Below are positions 38,675 through 51,435 of a stretch of 64,000 nt of DNA, one piece after another. The notes under the pieces are model-generated. The model searched no databases, was not told the DNA's origin, and was given only the letters and a program-made list of their open reading frames with translations. Made by a program: the position numbers and the translations under genes. Where the stretch lies: the NCBI GenBank assembly GCA_002633005.1, contig NMRA01000016.1, forward strand, positions 1,652,749 through 1,716,748, given 5' to 3'. The stretch comes from Phoronis australis. Taxonomy: Eukaryota; Animalia; Phoronida. Every line of letters starts with the position of its first letter. Positions within the stretch are counted from its first letter, which is position 1.

Positions 38675-40782
38675 CTGCTGTAACGAGTATCTAGTGCGGT
38701 AATGGGAAAATTCTAGTCCTTCTCAGGCTTGGAAACTATTTCTAATGCGATTAAGAACGAGATAAATCCGGTTTTATAGCAGTAAATGATAGCTTACTCA
38801 AAAGTTGTTGTGTGACAGAAGGTGCGGGTGAGGGTGCATTGCACCTTTAATTGATTAGATTTCTTTTCCTGATACCCCAATTATAATTCTTCAACATAAA
38901 AAATACGATTTAGTCACTCAAATGTAGGCGCGCAAAAGTGTATGTGGGGTAGTCTTTTAGCGCCATAGTGGCGTCACTGTGAGAACACCGATCAAAGAAT
39001 GAAAATCCGAAGTAGTTGTATTCAATAGGGGACTGAACAGAACTCCATATGGGGATTCTCACGGTCACGTAGACGACTGCAAGTCAATAAGCCTAACCGC
39101 TCATTTGGCAATTCACACAGCATTTTGTGCTCAGAGTGATACTCCAAACATGGTATAGCGACCATTCAAGGCTGGCTTTAAGACTTTGATTTTGAAATCG
39201 CAGCGCTACCTCTTGATAAATTCGCTGAACCTGAAAACAATAAGCAATTCTTGTTGCATGAAGAAGCCAATGAGAAAGCTCCAAATAAAGGTGCTGTCCG
39301 TGTGTTCGCACCGCCAGTATCGGATTCAATTCAGTGGAAAAGGTCACAAGGTGTATGTATCGTTGACCGTTAACAGCAAAGTGTCGCCCGTAAATTATGG
39401 TGATCAATAATTAGCGCGTTAAATACTGTCGTCAATTACCCTCGTTTTAAACAACAATGAATGACGCAATTACTTTTCGAACACAAACAAATCTATAGGT
39501 CAGGAACATTGTCAATATAAGAACATTTACAATGGACTTCATTTTATAATTTTCATGACTCTTGGATCAAGTTTTGTTGTTTTAGTGACATGGTTTGTTG
39601 ACGGAAATAATTAGAACAGCTATGCGTTGATTGTAAATGAAAGCAAAAGAGTGGCACTCCTTTTCAAAAACACTTGACGGTCGATATAAAACACGTGGCA
39701 AAATATTGAGACAACTGAAATAACCCAGAAGTCCCAGTCATAACGGAAGTCTGATTTATGGTCACAGTAGTCTTGTCTTTCCTCATGACCGAAGATGAAG
39801 GTATTAACAAGTGATTAACCTGTTGTGTAATAAGATATTTTCTGCCTTAAAAGTGGTCAACAGAATTAGCCGTCAAAACGGGAAAATGGTATTTTGTCTT
39901 GCACTGTAACTTTTTCTAATGGTAAGAGGATTGTAGTACGGCGACAAACGTCAACTTGAACATTTGTTTTAATCAGTAATACACAATTTCTTACCAGATC
40001 CCCATTATCAGGAGATTGTGCAACCAACTCTGTGTTCATCTCACTTCTTTATCATTTTTTGCTGCTGCTTGATTTGTTTTTGTTCCCAACAAAGCGCTTG
40101 GCTTTTATGAAGACACGTGTTGCAGCTCGTTTTAGTACAACATTCTGATTACTCTGTTATAATTGAGTTTGATCCTGAACAAGTATTGACATGTTCTTTT
40201 TCACCGTCCAAGTAATTTTGATTGATAATTATTAGCTGATACAACTTCCTTTTTAAATTTGAAAAAGTAGGACAAAAGCGTGAATATTGACAGAGTTATT
40301 TGGAATAAGATGTGTGGGTGCATTTTGAGAAACCTTGTATTGATAAAGCTATTCTGCAGTTTAAAACCGTTCCACAAGATGTCTCTGTATATGTGTATAT
40401 CACTGTCGGAAAATTATTAACAATGCCGGTGTAACAGGAAATAAGATAACTGTGGAAATTAATTTCCTGTCCACTCTTACGCGCGCATAATTTTTTTCAC
40501 TTCATTCGAGGATATGTGAAGAATTTTCATTTGATAGTAAGTTTAGTCAGAATCATTTATTGAAGTGACTGTGTTTGCATCAAATTATAAGTAAGTTCAA
40601 AAGTCAAAAACCCAACCAAAGCAATCAGGTCCGACCTTAATCACTCACGCATCTTTAGTCGAAATGTAAGAAGAACAGCAATGTAAAATAAATTTACTAC
40701 GAGGTCTTACGTAAAATAGTTAATCATTAATGAACAAAGCTCATTTACTTAAAAGGATACCAAACCCGGTTTTGGCCGATTA

Positions 40783-42196
40783 GGTTATCTCAAACCTTAT
40801 TTAGTGGACTCCATTCTAACTCGTATTAAAAAACTAGGCTTTGTCAACTAGTAAAAGTATATATTTTCTGACCGAAAAAAGTCCAGGATATATAAAAGTT
40901 TGTTTTAAATTTATGTGCCATTGTCATTGTTACGTTAAAACCTTTTCTAAGTCAGTGTTCCACGCTTAAGAAAGGTACACTCATAGCAAAATAAACCCAC
41001 GGTCGATTTTAATTTAACCCTTTTTAAATGAAAACTTCACCAGTTACTTCAAAAACTTTGTTAGAAATTTTCGATTAGCCCTTTCGTTTGATTTCTATGA
41101 AAAATAAACTCGCTAAACGTAAGGTATGCCGTATTCTTCTTTGTTATATTACGCAAAAACTAGGCCTTTATATCAAAAGTCCTAACATTGTTTTTGATAG
41201 TGATGAACAAATATTGAGTTTGGAAAGTTTTAGCGAAATCCACCAAGCCGTTTTTGAGAACTCGTGTGATTAAATTCCAATTAAGTCGATTTGCCGAAGT
41301 CGAGAAAAAAGCGATTATGTAGCGAGATGTGAAAATCTTAAGGACTTCGGTAAGTTATCCGGTGAAAACTTGTTTTTGGTTGATATAACTTATGCACCCC
41401 TTAGCCACGTTCATTATTTCAGCATTCACGTGCAATGTCATCTTAAGTTGCAGTGCGTAATTAACTTAATTATCACAAAAACTTTTAATTTAAAGCAAAT
41501 CGATCTTCATTGCTTAGAATCCAACGAGGTCATGGGCGAAGCCAGCATATTAAGTGGGTCAAGCTGGTGCATTGTGGTCCACTTTAAATTATTTCAACAG
41601 TTCTTTGTTAGACACACCACGCACTGGTATGAAAACCATTACGAAATGGATGCAGAAATCGGGTCGGTGGTGACCATGTGATAAAAATAGGAATTTAGGT
41701 GAGGACGTATCTCACTTCACAACTTGCTGTGTTCGTAAACACAAAGTCACAGAGCCCTGAGGCGACTCGTGGCCGTTGTTCTCAATGGTGAGTTGGCCAA
41801 CGGTGGCGTGCATGGAGACACGGACAAATCTCTTAGTATAAAAAGCTTCGTTTTGTCTTCGTTTTCCCTGGCATCTTTCTATCATATGTACTTGTCGTTG
41901 ACGCAATACTATGGCCACTCAGTGAATGAAAAGACTGAGGATACACACGGAGCTGCTCGATCTGTGCGTGGCAGAAGATTCGATCTGAATGACAGCCCTG
42001 TAACCTTTGACCTCGGATAAGTGATGAACAAATTTCCACGCGGCTGTGCAGTTCCCAGGTGGTTCTGCTAAATCTTATTTTTATTGCTACACGGTATATG
42101 ATTCGTATTTGAAGTTCCCGGAGAATGAAGATAATGCTAGACGTATGTGAAATGGGGTAAAATGGCCAATTTTGGTAAATAAGGTTTGAAATATCC
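40783..42196. mobile_element. Non-autonomous TTAA-specific TIR element (Kolobok-like), copy 2
   Basis: ggttatctcaaaccttatt ... aataaggtttgaaatatcc|TTAA; left TSD eroded (atta); splits a copy of the 620-820 repeat. Confidence 0.85.
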
Positions 42197-44398
42197 TTAA
42201 CAGATAATAAACGAGACTTTCGTATCCAATTCTATGAAACAAAATAATGCTCTATAACCCTCGACAACCCTCAAAAGTTTGGAGAAAGACTTGCTTTTAG
42301 CTTTCAAGACTGCCGCCAATTGTGCATTAGCAGGTGACAGAGGGCGGATTGGCAGAAATCATCAAAACAGGGGTTAGTATCCAGCGTTCGACGATTAGCT
42401 CAACGCTAAGTCTTGTTTGTCAACCTGCAAAAAGTCCTAGGTCACCAAACAAAATCTGAGGTCGTCAAAACTGAAAATCGCCAAACAAAATCTGAGGTTG
42501 CCAATCAGGCGTAGAAATCGTCGACAAAAAGGTCGTACGATCGTACCGCGCCCCATTCTCAGAATCTTAAGCGTACCTCTCCAAATTCTCCCTCTAAATG
42601 TACATTCACTCTCTATCGCAATCTTTCCCCTAGCGAAGGAACTTAGAGCGCAGACGATTACGTACACTGGTGGCGCATATTTCACCGATCTTCCCCGAAT
42701 TTTACTGAATAATTCCAACTTCCACCTGTTTACTTCTTGATGTAATTTAAGCGCGTGTTTGATGTGTGCCGCGACTGCTGTGGCGGCAAATGCGCTGATT
42801 TTACGACATAAACGAAACAATTGTGAATCAAAGGCAGTAGGAATACTGTTAGTAATTTGAAGTTTACAAGTCACACAAACTTTGAAACGAAGTTAAGGGA
42901 TGCTCGCAGTGGCGAATTGAGACCCAAACACAATCTGAAGTCGCATTGGTCGCAGGTTGTCAAATCGAGCAATGGTATCAATTTAAAGGAGTACCTCCTG
43001 GAACAACAACTTAGTGAGTAGCTTTTTTCCCATGAAACTTATGTCCCGTGGCACCTGGTTATGGTTAGGCGGTGCTCTAAGCTGTCAGGAGTCTGGGGGC
43101 TGGGGTGATTTGATTTGACATCCTTACTAATCACAGTGCGATCAGATAAACCTTTTTATTGACCAATAACAGAAAATAAACCACGCAATGGGAATTTTCA
43201 AGCTAACGCAAACTAATATAGAACTCTGCACACAAACTTAACCTACGCACTATGGCACAGACGGCAGAGCCATGAATGTGTGACACAGACAATACTGTAA
43301 CTCAGACGGGTGCTGCTCTTCTGTTCTTGGTCGACTCATCCTGGTATCACCCTCTGCTGATCACGTCCATTGGCTACGTCACAGATTGTGCATTATTTGT
43401 GTAGGTAGATAGTATGATTTATAAGTGTGCCTGCAAATAACTGATTTATGCTTTATTGGTCTCGCCTACAGAATCTCCCCATTTGGCAGCTTGGTAGCTA
43501 CCCCTTTCCCCATACGTAGGGCTTCACTGTCTGGGGCCACTGTAGATTTCAGTCCTCTTTTTTTCTCGACGTTTTTGCCAAGCAAGTTGTTGTGACCAGA
43601 AAAAAAGCATTTGGCGTTCGAAAACGTTAACTTAGTTCAGACATACATTTTGACAAACAATTAACTAAAGAGACCAAGATCCTAATTAGTTTTCTGACGT
43701 ACGCACACGCAAAATTTCAATTCATCCGGTTATCGTCGATGTCAGTTGGTCAATATTTCACATTTCTCATAATCGATTATGACTGTAAAAACCGGTTCGC
43801 ATGAAAATGTTTCATTTAGATCACTGTATCGCTGTAAAACTGGTCTCAATTTGTATCTTGGTTAGATTACATATACGGTTCCAGACTAAAGAATGAATGA
43901 CATGTCGTTAGCGTTGACGACTTCAAAGATATAGTTTCACACTGCACTGGACTTTTAACGAGTTAAAGCTGGACTAAGTGGGCAAAAACGGACATATTTG
44001 TCACACTTACCCGACCCATTATGTACACCTTTGCATATAGCTGATTTACGAATAGCCGCGCCCAATTCACTATCCCGCCAGATGGCGATCAGGTGGACAG
44101 GCGTTCAACGCCACCTACAAATCCAGGACAGGATCGTCATCTTTAATATCTGTTAATACGTTGAATCCAGGATTGGTATCCTTTTAAGCTAACAATTGAA
44201 GGGACTTGCTGGCATTTGTTCCTCTTGTTTTAGAATTAACGAACTCATATGTGGTAACTGAATATCTGTCTCTCGAGTCTGAGTCGGGATTAAGCGGCAG
44301 TCACTTTTGCGCTCTCATTACTATAGAAAGCGCCAACATGAAAAGCCCGCTATTGATAAAAAGCTGCTTTAAACAAACAAACACTGTGAAATACATAT

Positions 44399-44554
44399 CA
44401 GTGGCGGATTAGAGGGGGGACAAGGGGGGCATGACGCCCCTAAAATTTTCCCAGATTACATTTGGCAGTTCGAGGCTGCGAATGTCTGACTGACAAAATC
44501 CAGGCTAATACTCTTCCCAGACCCCCTAAACTCAAAATCCTGTATCCGCCCCTG
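44399..44554. mobile_element. hAT-like MITE
   Basis: cagtggcggat ... atccgcccctg TIR; flanks catat/aatat. Confidence 0.7.
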
Positions 44555-44617
44555 AATATCACCTTGAAACATAAACTAATGGATGAAAGCTGAATTAACA
44601 CGTGAAAATTGACGTAA

Positions 44618-44897
44618 CGGGTCAAAATGGACATAATGAGTCCTCAGGACCCCCGAGAGCATAATTGATCGAAACGGAATTAATGGCCGTTTTGACCAAC
44701 CATTTCGAAATGCCCATTATCATTAAAAATAGGCTAATGGCTTAACGCTGACCTTACGGGTGAAAGTGAACCTAGCATAGGGAAATGAATATAATTGGTC
44801 AAAATGGACATAATATGGAACGAAATGAATATATTGAGCCAAATGGTCATATTGGATTAAAATGGAAATACTGGGTCAAAATCGACATTATGCGTCA
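44618..44897. repeat. Short tandem array of about 20-bp units (ggtcaaaatggacataat), likely TE-internal
   Basis: Unit recurs at 44620 and about five times in 44797-44892. Confidence 0.6.
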
Positions 44898-46611
44898 GAA
44901 CATGCGTTGAATCCGACTCAGATGGAGGCCAGATCACGTGATGCATATGCTGACCTAAATTAGTTGGCCTTGTTATAAACGCAAGGAACAGGCGAAAACG
45001 ATGTAGCCATGCACTACCAACGAAGCACGTGATCGCACTAGATTTTCTCGCGATTTTCTTGGGTTATTGAATGCGCTCGTGATGTTATGGCCACCCGCCA
45101 TCATTTTAAAATTAATTTCTAGTGACGTGAAATTCAAATATACTCGATTTAAAACGTTTTTGCCGAACAATTTTTGAGTGGACTCGCGATTTCCACGACA
45201 TGATGTTTGGCTGTTGTTCATGACCGAACTCGACACTTGGTGCACGTACCCAACTGAAAACACACCGCCTCGATCTCGGTTAATTTTGACTGATACCTTT
45301 GCGAGGAATCGGCAATTTGTAATAAAATCACAAAATCACCATCCATTTTGCTGTTCTATAGCTTTGCTCAAAGCTAATATCTTAAAGAAGTAAACCATAG
45401 CCCAAGAATAAACCCCCAAAATGCGTTGATTTTTTCGAACGTGAAGCCGCTTGCGTCCTTTTAAGAAACACACAGCTGTGCAGCGATGCATGGAAGAAGA
45501 TAATAAAGAACACTATTGCTCAATAAGTGAGGGCATTGATAAATCAGACAGTCTTGCTGACTGTGCCAAAATGTTGTTGGATTCTAACTTTTAGTTCTTT
45601 CTCGGTAACCCTGCGTTTCTGCAATTAAAAACCACTTCAGTTCATTTGCTCAGCGTATGGGCCTATTCAAGTGTTGAGAATTAAAACTAAAGTGAAAGAA
45701 TCGATTTCTAAATGCAATAACTGCAGAGGTTTTTGCTTTTCTGCCGTAGTAGCGTCCATACTACGCTAAACCTAGAACAAGCTACGTACACTCCTGAAAC
45801 AAGTCGTCAACAGTAATGAACATGCAGTGTGGATGCTATCTGCTCTGAGGCAAGTTGACTCACTCATTTTTATCAACAATTTACTAAAAGAAACGTAACC
45901 GTGCATTCAGTATAATACCTAACCCGTAACACTGCAATCGCCTCAATTTGGTCACATTTACTTTTCATGTTTCGAACCTTGTTTTCCGAAAAAAAATACC
46001 CTTTCGTCAGACTGGCAACTCATTGCTGCAATGACTTGTTCTCTAATGTATTTTTCTACGTCTCTGTGGTTAATTATCGACACATTTTAAAGATTTAATA
46101 TCCAACTTGGACTCGAAAGACCGGCCATTTAACTCACGCAATGTCAACTTTCGCTTTTTTATCGCAGTGAGCCTCGCTTTGGATTTTAATGTCCGCCGCG
46201 TGAATTAGGTCTATACTGATCACATCGCCACCACTTGCACACGCCTTTATGAACTGTAATTGTTTGGGCTTAAGCCACTGGATCGGGGTTTCCTTGATTT
46301 TGTTTACCTCGATCACTGCCCGTGTTGATACATTGCAACTATTCAAGTTAGAAGTGGTCGCCATGCTACGTGACAGAAAACTGAAACGGTTTTCCCAGAT
46401 TTCAAGCAACGACTGAATGTTATTACGTCGGTTGTATTACTTTAACGAATGAGAAGCCATGTTAAACAACTTTCGACAGTGCTACCTTTCGAAGCACTGT
46501 GTATGAGAGTGTAGTCGCTAGCACAGTCTTACACACATAATTTAATCCTTGTCGAAATGTATCGAATGTACTGTGTGGACACACGACTGGCCGAGGAAAA
46601 GATGCTCTAAT

Positions 46612-46998
46612 ATTAGGTTCACATGAATGGCGAAAACGCTAGCAATTTCGCTGGCTAAAACGGCAGTGGAAACGTTAGGTCTTTAGACGGACAGACGATC
46701 TTTCCGTGAAGGGGTAAATGTCACCAGCATTTAGTTTGTTTTCTCACCACCAGAGTTGCTTTCAAGCGAAAACTTATGTCAAAGTACGTTCAAACGCGTC
46801 TTACTGTATTCCTGCGCATGTGTGTCATTTAAAGTGGCGGTCAGTCTACAGAAGCGTTAGCAAAACGTCAGTAGTTTTGAGATAGCTCAAACTTCCAGCA
46901 AAGCGCGCCAGCAAAAGTGACACGCTCGACCATTCACATTATTGGCGTTTTTGCGGCAAGTGAAAACGCTAGCGTTTTGACGAGCATGTGAATCGGAT
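46612..46998. mobile_element. TIR MITE just upstream of the KCTD splice acceptor
   Basis: ggttcacatgaatggcgaaaacgctagc / gctagcgttttgacgagcatgtgaatc imperfect TIR. Confidence 0.6.
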
Positions 46999-47139
46999 AT
47001 AGGGCAAGTTGTTCTTGAGTAGTTCGTAGTGACGACGACCACACTACCACGCAACTTCCTTGTCTAGTGGTCTCATTACCATTTTGCCAGTAGTTGGACA
47101 ATTAACTTTTGTAATTGAATTATTATTTTTTTCTTTCAG

Positions 47140-47573
47140 AATGTCTAGCGGAGTATTCCCAACTGACTTCCCAACTTTGAGACGATAATTGCAACCGTTT
47201 TTGCTGAAGTTGGTCGCGTACAGCTACGGATAAATTGAACGCTAATCGCGGAGTAAACTGAATTACAGTCGATTTTGTACCGAGGACAAAGTATAGTGTG
47301 GCAATTGGACATGTTAATATATCGTTTGTGGTATAATTGAATCAACATCTGCTGTTGATGTTCCAAGCTAAATTCAATTCGTGGGTACTTCTCGCTGAAG
47401 TTTCTTCTCGAAAACAATTCCGATTCAGTTCAGAGAATCCAGTACACTAAATGTAGGCTTATCACTCGATTTGACTTTTAGACTAATGATCGAATTGAAT
47501 ATTGGAAGAAAGTCGTTGCTAATAATTTGACCTTACGCTGAAGAACGGACCTGACACATCGAATCGCAACAAG
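47140..47573 (+). other. Candidate 5' UTR part of the KCTD coding exon
   Basis: Strong acceptor tattatttttttctttcag| ending at 47139. Confidence 0.55.
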
Positions 47574-48344
47574 ATGACATCAAACTATGAGCAAGTAAAC
47601 TCGGAGTTGGTGGAACTCAATGTTGGGGGAGTTAACTATACCACCACCAAAGAAACATTGAGAAATGAAAATTCTCTTCTTGCCGAGATGATTGACGGAA
47701 ATGTTACGAAAATAATGACAGACTGCAACGGCAGGTACTTCCTCGATCGCGACGGGACTTTATTCCGCTACGTCTTGGACTACTTGCGCAATAAGCGTGT
47801 CATTCTGCCGGAAAAGTTCGACGAGAGAGAACGTCTCCGCCACGAAGCTGAACATTTCAAACTGGAAGGCATGATGAGACAGCTATCGATGACAAAGTCG
47901 TCACATTTACCTCCGTTGGCGGTGAATTCCAATGGAGATCACGCCAATGGAAGCTCTGGCCGGCAACCGGGATACATTACCATCGGTTACCGAGGCACTT
48001 TCGCCTTTGGCAGGGACGGGCTTGCTGATGTCAAATTTCGCAAGATGTCCAGTCGAGTATTAGTTTGCGGCAAGGTCAGCATTTGCAGAGAGGTTTTTGG
48101 AGAAACGCTGAACGAAAGCCGTGATCCAGACCGCGGTTCCAGCGACCGATATACAAGCCGATACTTTTTGAAGCACTCGTCGTTGGAGCAAGCGTTTGAT
48201 GTACTCGCTGCGGCAGGCTTTCGGATCGCTGCAAGCTGCGGTACGGGTACGTCGAGTAACACAAGCGATCCTTTAAAGCCGGGGATGGATTCGGAGGAAT
48301 CAAAATGGAATCACTACAATGAATTTGTCTTTTGTCGTGAATAG
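47574..48344 (+). CDS. KCTD12: BTB/POZ (T1) domain protein of the KCTD8/12/16 family, a GABA-B receptor auxiliary subunit homologue; BTB plus H1 domain, 256 aa
   Basis: VELNVGGVNYTTT..TL...GRYFLDRDGTLFRYVLDYLR...LP..F.E..RL..EAE.F (T1/BTB); H1 domain GYITIGYRG...KFRK..R.LVCGK...REVFGETLNESRDPDR...RYTSRYFLKH..LEQAFD.L...GF; intact ORF, aagATG context, TAG TAA stop. It is a pro-orthologue of KCTD8/12/16, so the symbol is approximate. Confidence 0.96.
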   Translation: MTSNYEQVNSELVELNVGGVNYTTTKETLRNENSLLAEMIDGNVTKIMTDCNGRYFLDRDGTLFRYVLDYLRNKRVILPEKFDERERLRHEAEHFKLEGMMRQLSMTKSSHLPPLAVNSNGDHANGSSGRQPGYITIGYRGTFAFGRDGLADVKFRKMSSRVLVCGKVSICREVFGETLNESRDPDRGSSDRYTSRYFLKHSSLEQAFDVLAAAGFRIAASCGTGTSSNTSDPLKPGMDSEESKWNHYNEFVFCRE

Positions 48345-51300
48345 TAATGCACGTTTTATTTCTGCGAGAGCACACTGCCTAGTAAATTAGCATTAACATT
48401 TTTGAGAAGTTCGTTAGCAAGAGCTTGAAATTTGACTGTCAAAGTTCGTTGAATTTGGCTGGCATTAGTTCCAAGCTGAACAATTGCCTGTAAAGTCAAA
48501 ATGACAGCCATACAGACAACTTTGAGCTCTTCTTATGATTGTCAACCTTTACTAAAATGTTTCTAGAGACGTCGAGGAACTCCTTTTCTAGAGTAACACC
48601 CAGTCTGCGTGTGTTGTGCTGTTAAGGTAACTAGGTTGATATTTCACTGGTGGCTATAGTCTTTAAGTAAAACGCCAACGTCTTTCTGGAAATTCATTGT
48701 GATTTTGAAGACAGGTATGGATGACGAATTAAAAACGGGGATTCAATTTATGAAAATCATTGCAAGTGATTTTGTACTATTTTGACGGAAATTACAAAAA
48801 GGCCCATTAGTTTGATTAAGCCTATTTAGGAGTCACATGAGCTACCGTTTGATGTTGAAGAGAATTTCCCTTGCTGTGAACTGTCATACTAAAGTGCAGT
48901 CTGAATACTATTGTAAGAAAGACGGAGGGAAAGAAACTAGTGTCACCTCTATGCACGAAACTGGTGACTACGCATTTTACAGGGAAAACGTGTGAACATC
49001 AACTCCGCACTTTCTATCAAAACAAGTTTTGATCCAGGCCACTTACCGAAGAACAGTGTAAATCAAAATACAGTTTCTAAGAGGGAACGCGAGTTGATAA
49101 ACGCTTTAACAAACGGCTAGTTTTAAGTCTAAGTCTATTAGTTCATCACCGATAAGGTTCGTTTCATTCCTCGCAACAGCCAGTACATGTACTTCTACCG
49201 CGAGCTTAATTCAGGGGGTTGTTTTTGCAGGAAGACCTCTTGTGCTGGGACAAATAGCGTCAAACTTGACTGCGCCCGATAATTCACCTAGTTATTGCAC
49301 ACATTCAGACTTTTGTCTGTGAAACAAAGGTTGTCTACAGAAAGCAACGCAATATCGACTTAGCAACTCTACACGTGTTTTCTGAACACAGAAGCCATCT
49401 TTACCAACGTAACATCGCTGATCGCATTTTTATTCACTTTCATTTTGATTAAACGGGCATTTGCTTATTTAACCACTCTCTTTTTGAAGTAATTTTCTGT
49501 GTGCACGTAAGTCAATCGAATTCTAAATTTACCACGCAAATGAGTTATTTCACCTTTTGTGGTGCGTCCTTGAATTTCTAAAATAGGCTTGCCAATGGTC
49601 ATTTTGGAATGTCCACGAACTAATTAAAAAGATAATTATAAGTTTAAGCAGTTTGCATGATATTTTTTCAGCGAAAGAAAAAAACAAGCATTTGCACGCT
49701 CCGGTGTCACGTGCTCCGTGTCAGTCGTGTTTATACAAACACTTCCACCCGATCAGCCGTTCCGTGTTAGCTGCGCCGTGTCGGCTGTCTCGTCTAAATG
49801 CTGCTACATGTTTAATTTCAGCCTCAGTTTCACTGGGTCGGGGTTGGTGAACTGGCCATCCTAACTCCATCCGTACGTTTAACCAGATATTTAACATTGG
49901 AACAAACAACTAATACAGAAGTGCATCCTCTGTAGGACTTCTTTTTTAAAAAAAGCCAGGTTTTATCTTGAGAAAAGTGTAAGAAGACAAAATCGAGTAT
50001 TAAAAACTCTCAGTTTTTACAGAAGTACAGGGCGGAAAAGAAGCACGTTCGACCTCTACTGCAAGTACTTCTGTAACAGTTGAGTCTTGAAGGCTTAAAA
50101 CGTGAATGCGGAGTCGAATTCTTTTCATACACACTGCTGCACGCTCTAATACCCAGAATAAACTGCGTCAATACGCTGTCATCCGAAAATTGGATTTTCC
50201 AAACAAGATCCCATGAAGTCAGCGTCGCGTTTGTTAGCAGTCACGTGACGTGTCAATTTTCTAAAAAAATCATAATTGCAACCCTAGACGTAGATCAAAT
50301 TAAGAAATCGATTTTGTCTGTATTCGTGATGTCAGTTTATCATTTAAATTGTAAAAAGGTTATTAGATTGCTTCAACGCTGTCATGTATGTGTGTGTCTG
50401 TGGAGTTCTCACGTTTAAATGTTACACTAGACGTGTCTGGGGATAGGGCTACTGTTTCCCAGAAGGAATAATGTTATTGCGGCAATATGAAGATATTTTA
50501 TGGTGTGAATAGCTATTTTTAGACAAATGCATTGTACAGCATCTACATATCTGTCAACTATAATAATGAGTTTTAAGAATTGCACTCTTCAAGGTTTGGA
50601 TTTCATCTCTTGCCCGACTGTTCCTTGATGTGTAGCTTGTAGAGATGGGGCATCACACGTACGCAACTTAGTTTTTTGTCCACTTTGGCGGCTATATTAT
50701 TTCAGCACCTTGTATAGAACACTCATTTGGAACTATATGCGACAGACAATAATACACTGGCGTAATACAACAACTATATACGATGACGTAAACGTGTGGA
50801 GAAAGGTTTTATCAAATCGACTGCGTGAAGAAAGGTTTTGTTAGATTATTGACTCCAGTCATGACGACTTGGTATACATCTGTGTTGTGGAAATTTGTCA
50901 CCTGGTCAGTTGAAATATTTAAACTGTTACCACCACCATGATGTATATTCTCAATCTTAAAGCTAGGTGGCGCTTTGCGTTGAAGCGGATTAGCCAACTT
51001 GATACAATCGAGGTCGAATGACTAAAACAATCAACATATCTCACTTCGTTCCCAATACCGCTGTTTAAAATTATGAACACGATGCCGCCTTACTAGATTT
51101 TCGAAATTGCGCACGACGCTATGACTAATCGTGTTCACCTTTCAGACAATACTTTATTGGTGATATTTTCCCCGTTTTGTTATTCAAGAGCCATACTTGA
51201 ACGGGCAATTGCATTTTCGACACCATGACAGTGTGAGGGAAGTGTATAGAACCGGCCATTCCAACCAATCCAATGTTACACAGAATAGAATGTCAACCGA

Positions 51301-51429
51301 TGTTCTGTGTATTGGCACCAAGTCTATCTCTATTTATTTCTTGTGTTATTTAATATGAGCACATTGTTATTTATTATATATGATAGCTGAGTTTTGTTAT
51401 CTGTGAATGTATAGTTTGATCTCTTTAAC

Positions 51430-51435
51430 AATAAA
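51430..51435 (+). terminator. Candidate polyadenylation signal of the KCTD mRNA (about 3.1-kb 3' UTR)
   Basis: AATAAA preceded by a U-rich tract (tatttattt, ttatttattatatat, tgtat); second AATAAA near 51563. Confidence 0.4.

Noticed and set aside
48342-48347. Stop-codon readthrough extending KCTD into an H2 domain
   Set aside because: TAG is followed immediately by TAA
47987-48375. Antisense ORFs overlapping KCTD
   Set aside because: Shadow frames of a real CDS with no recognisable motifs
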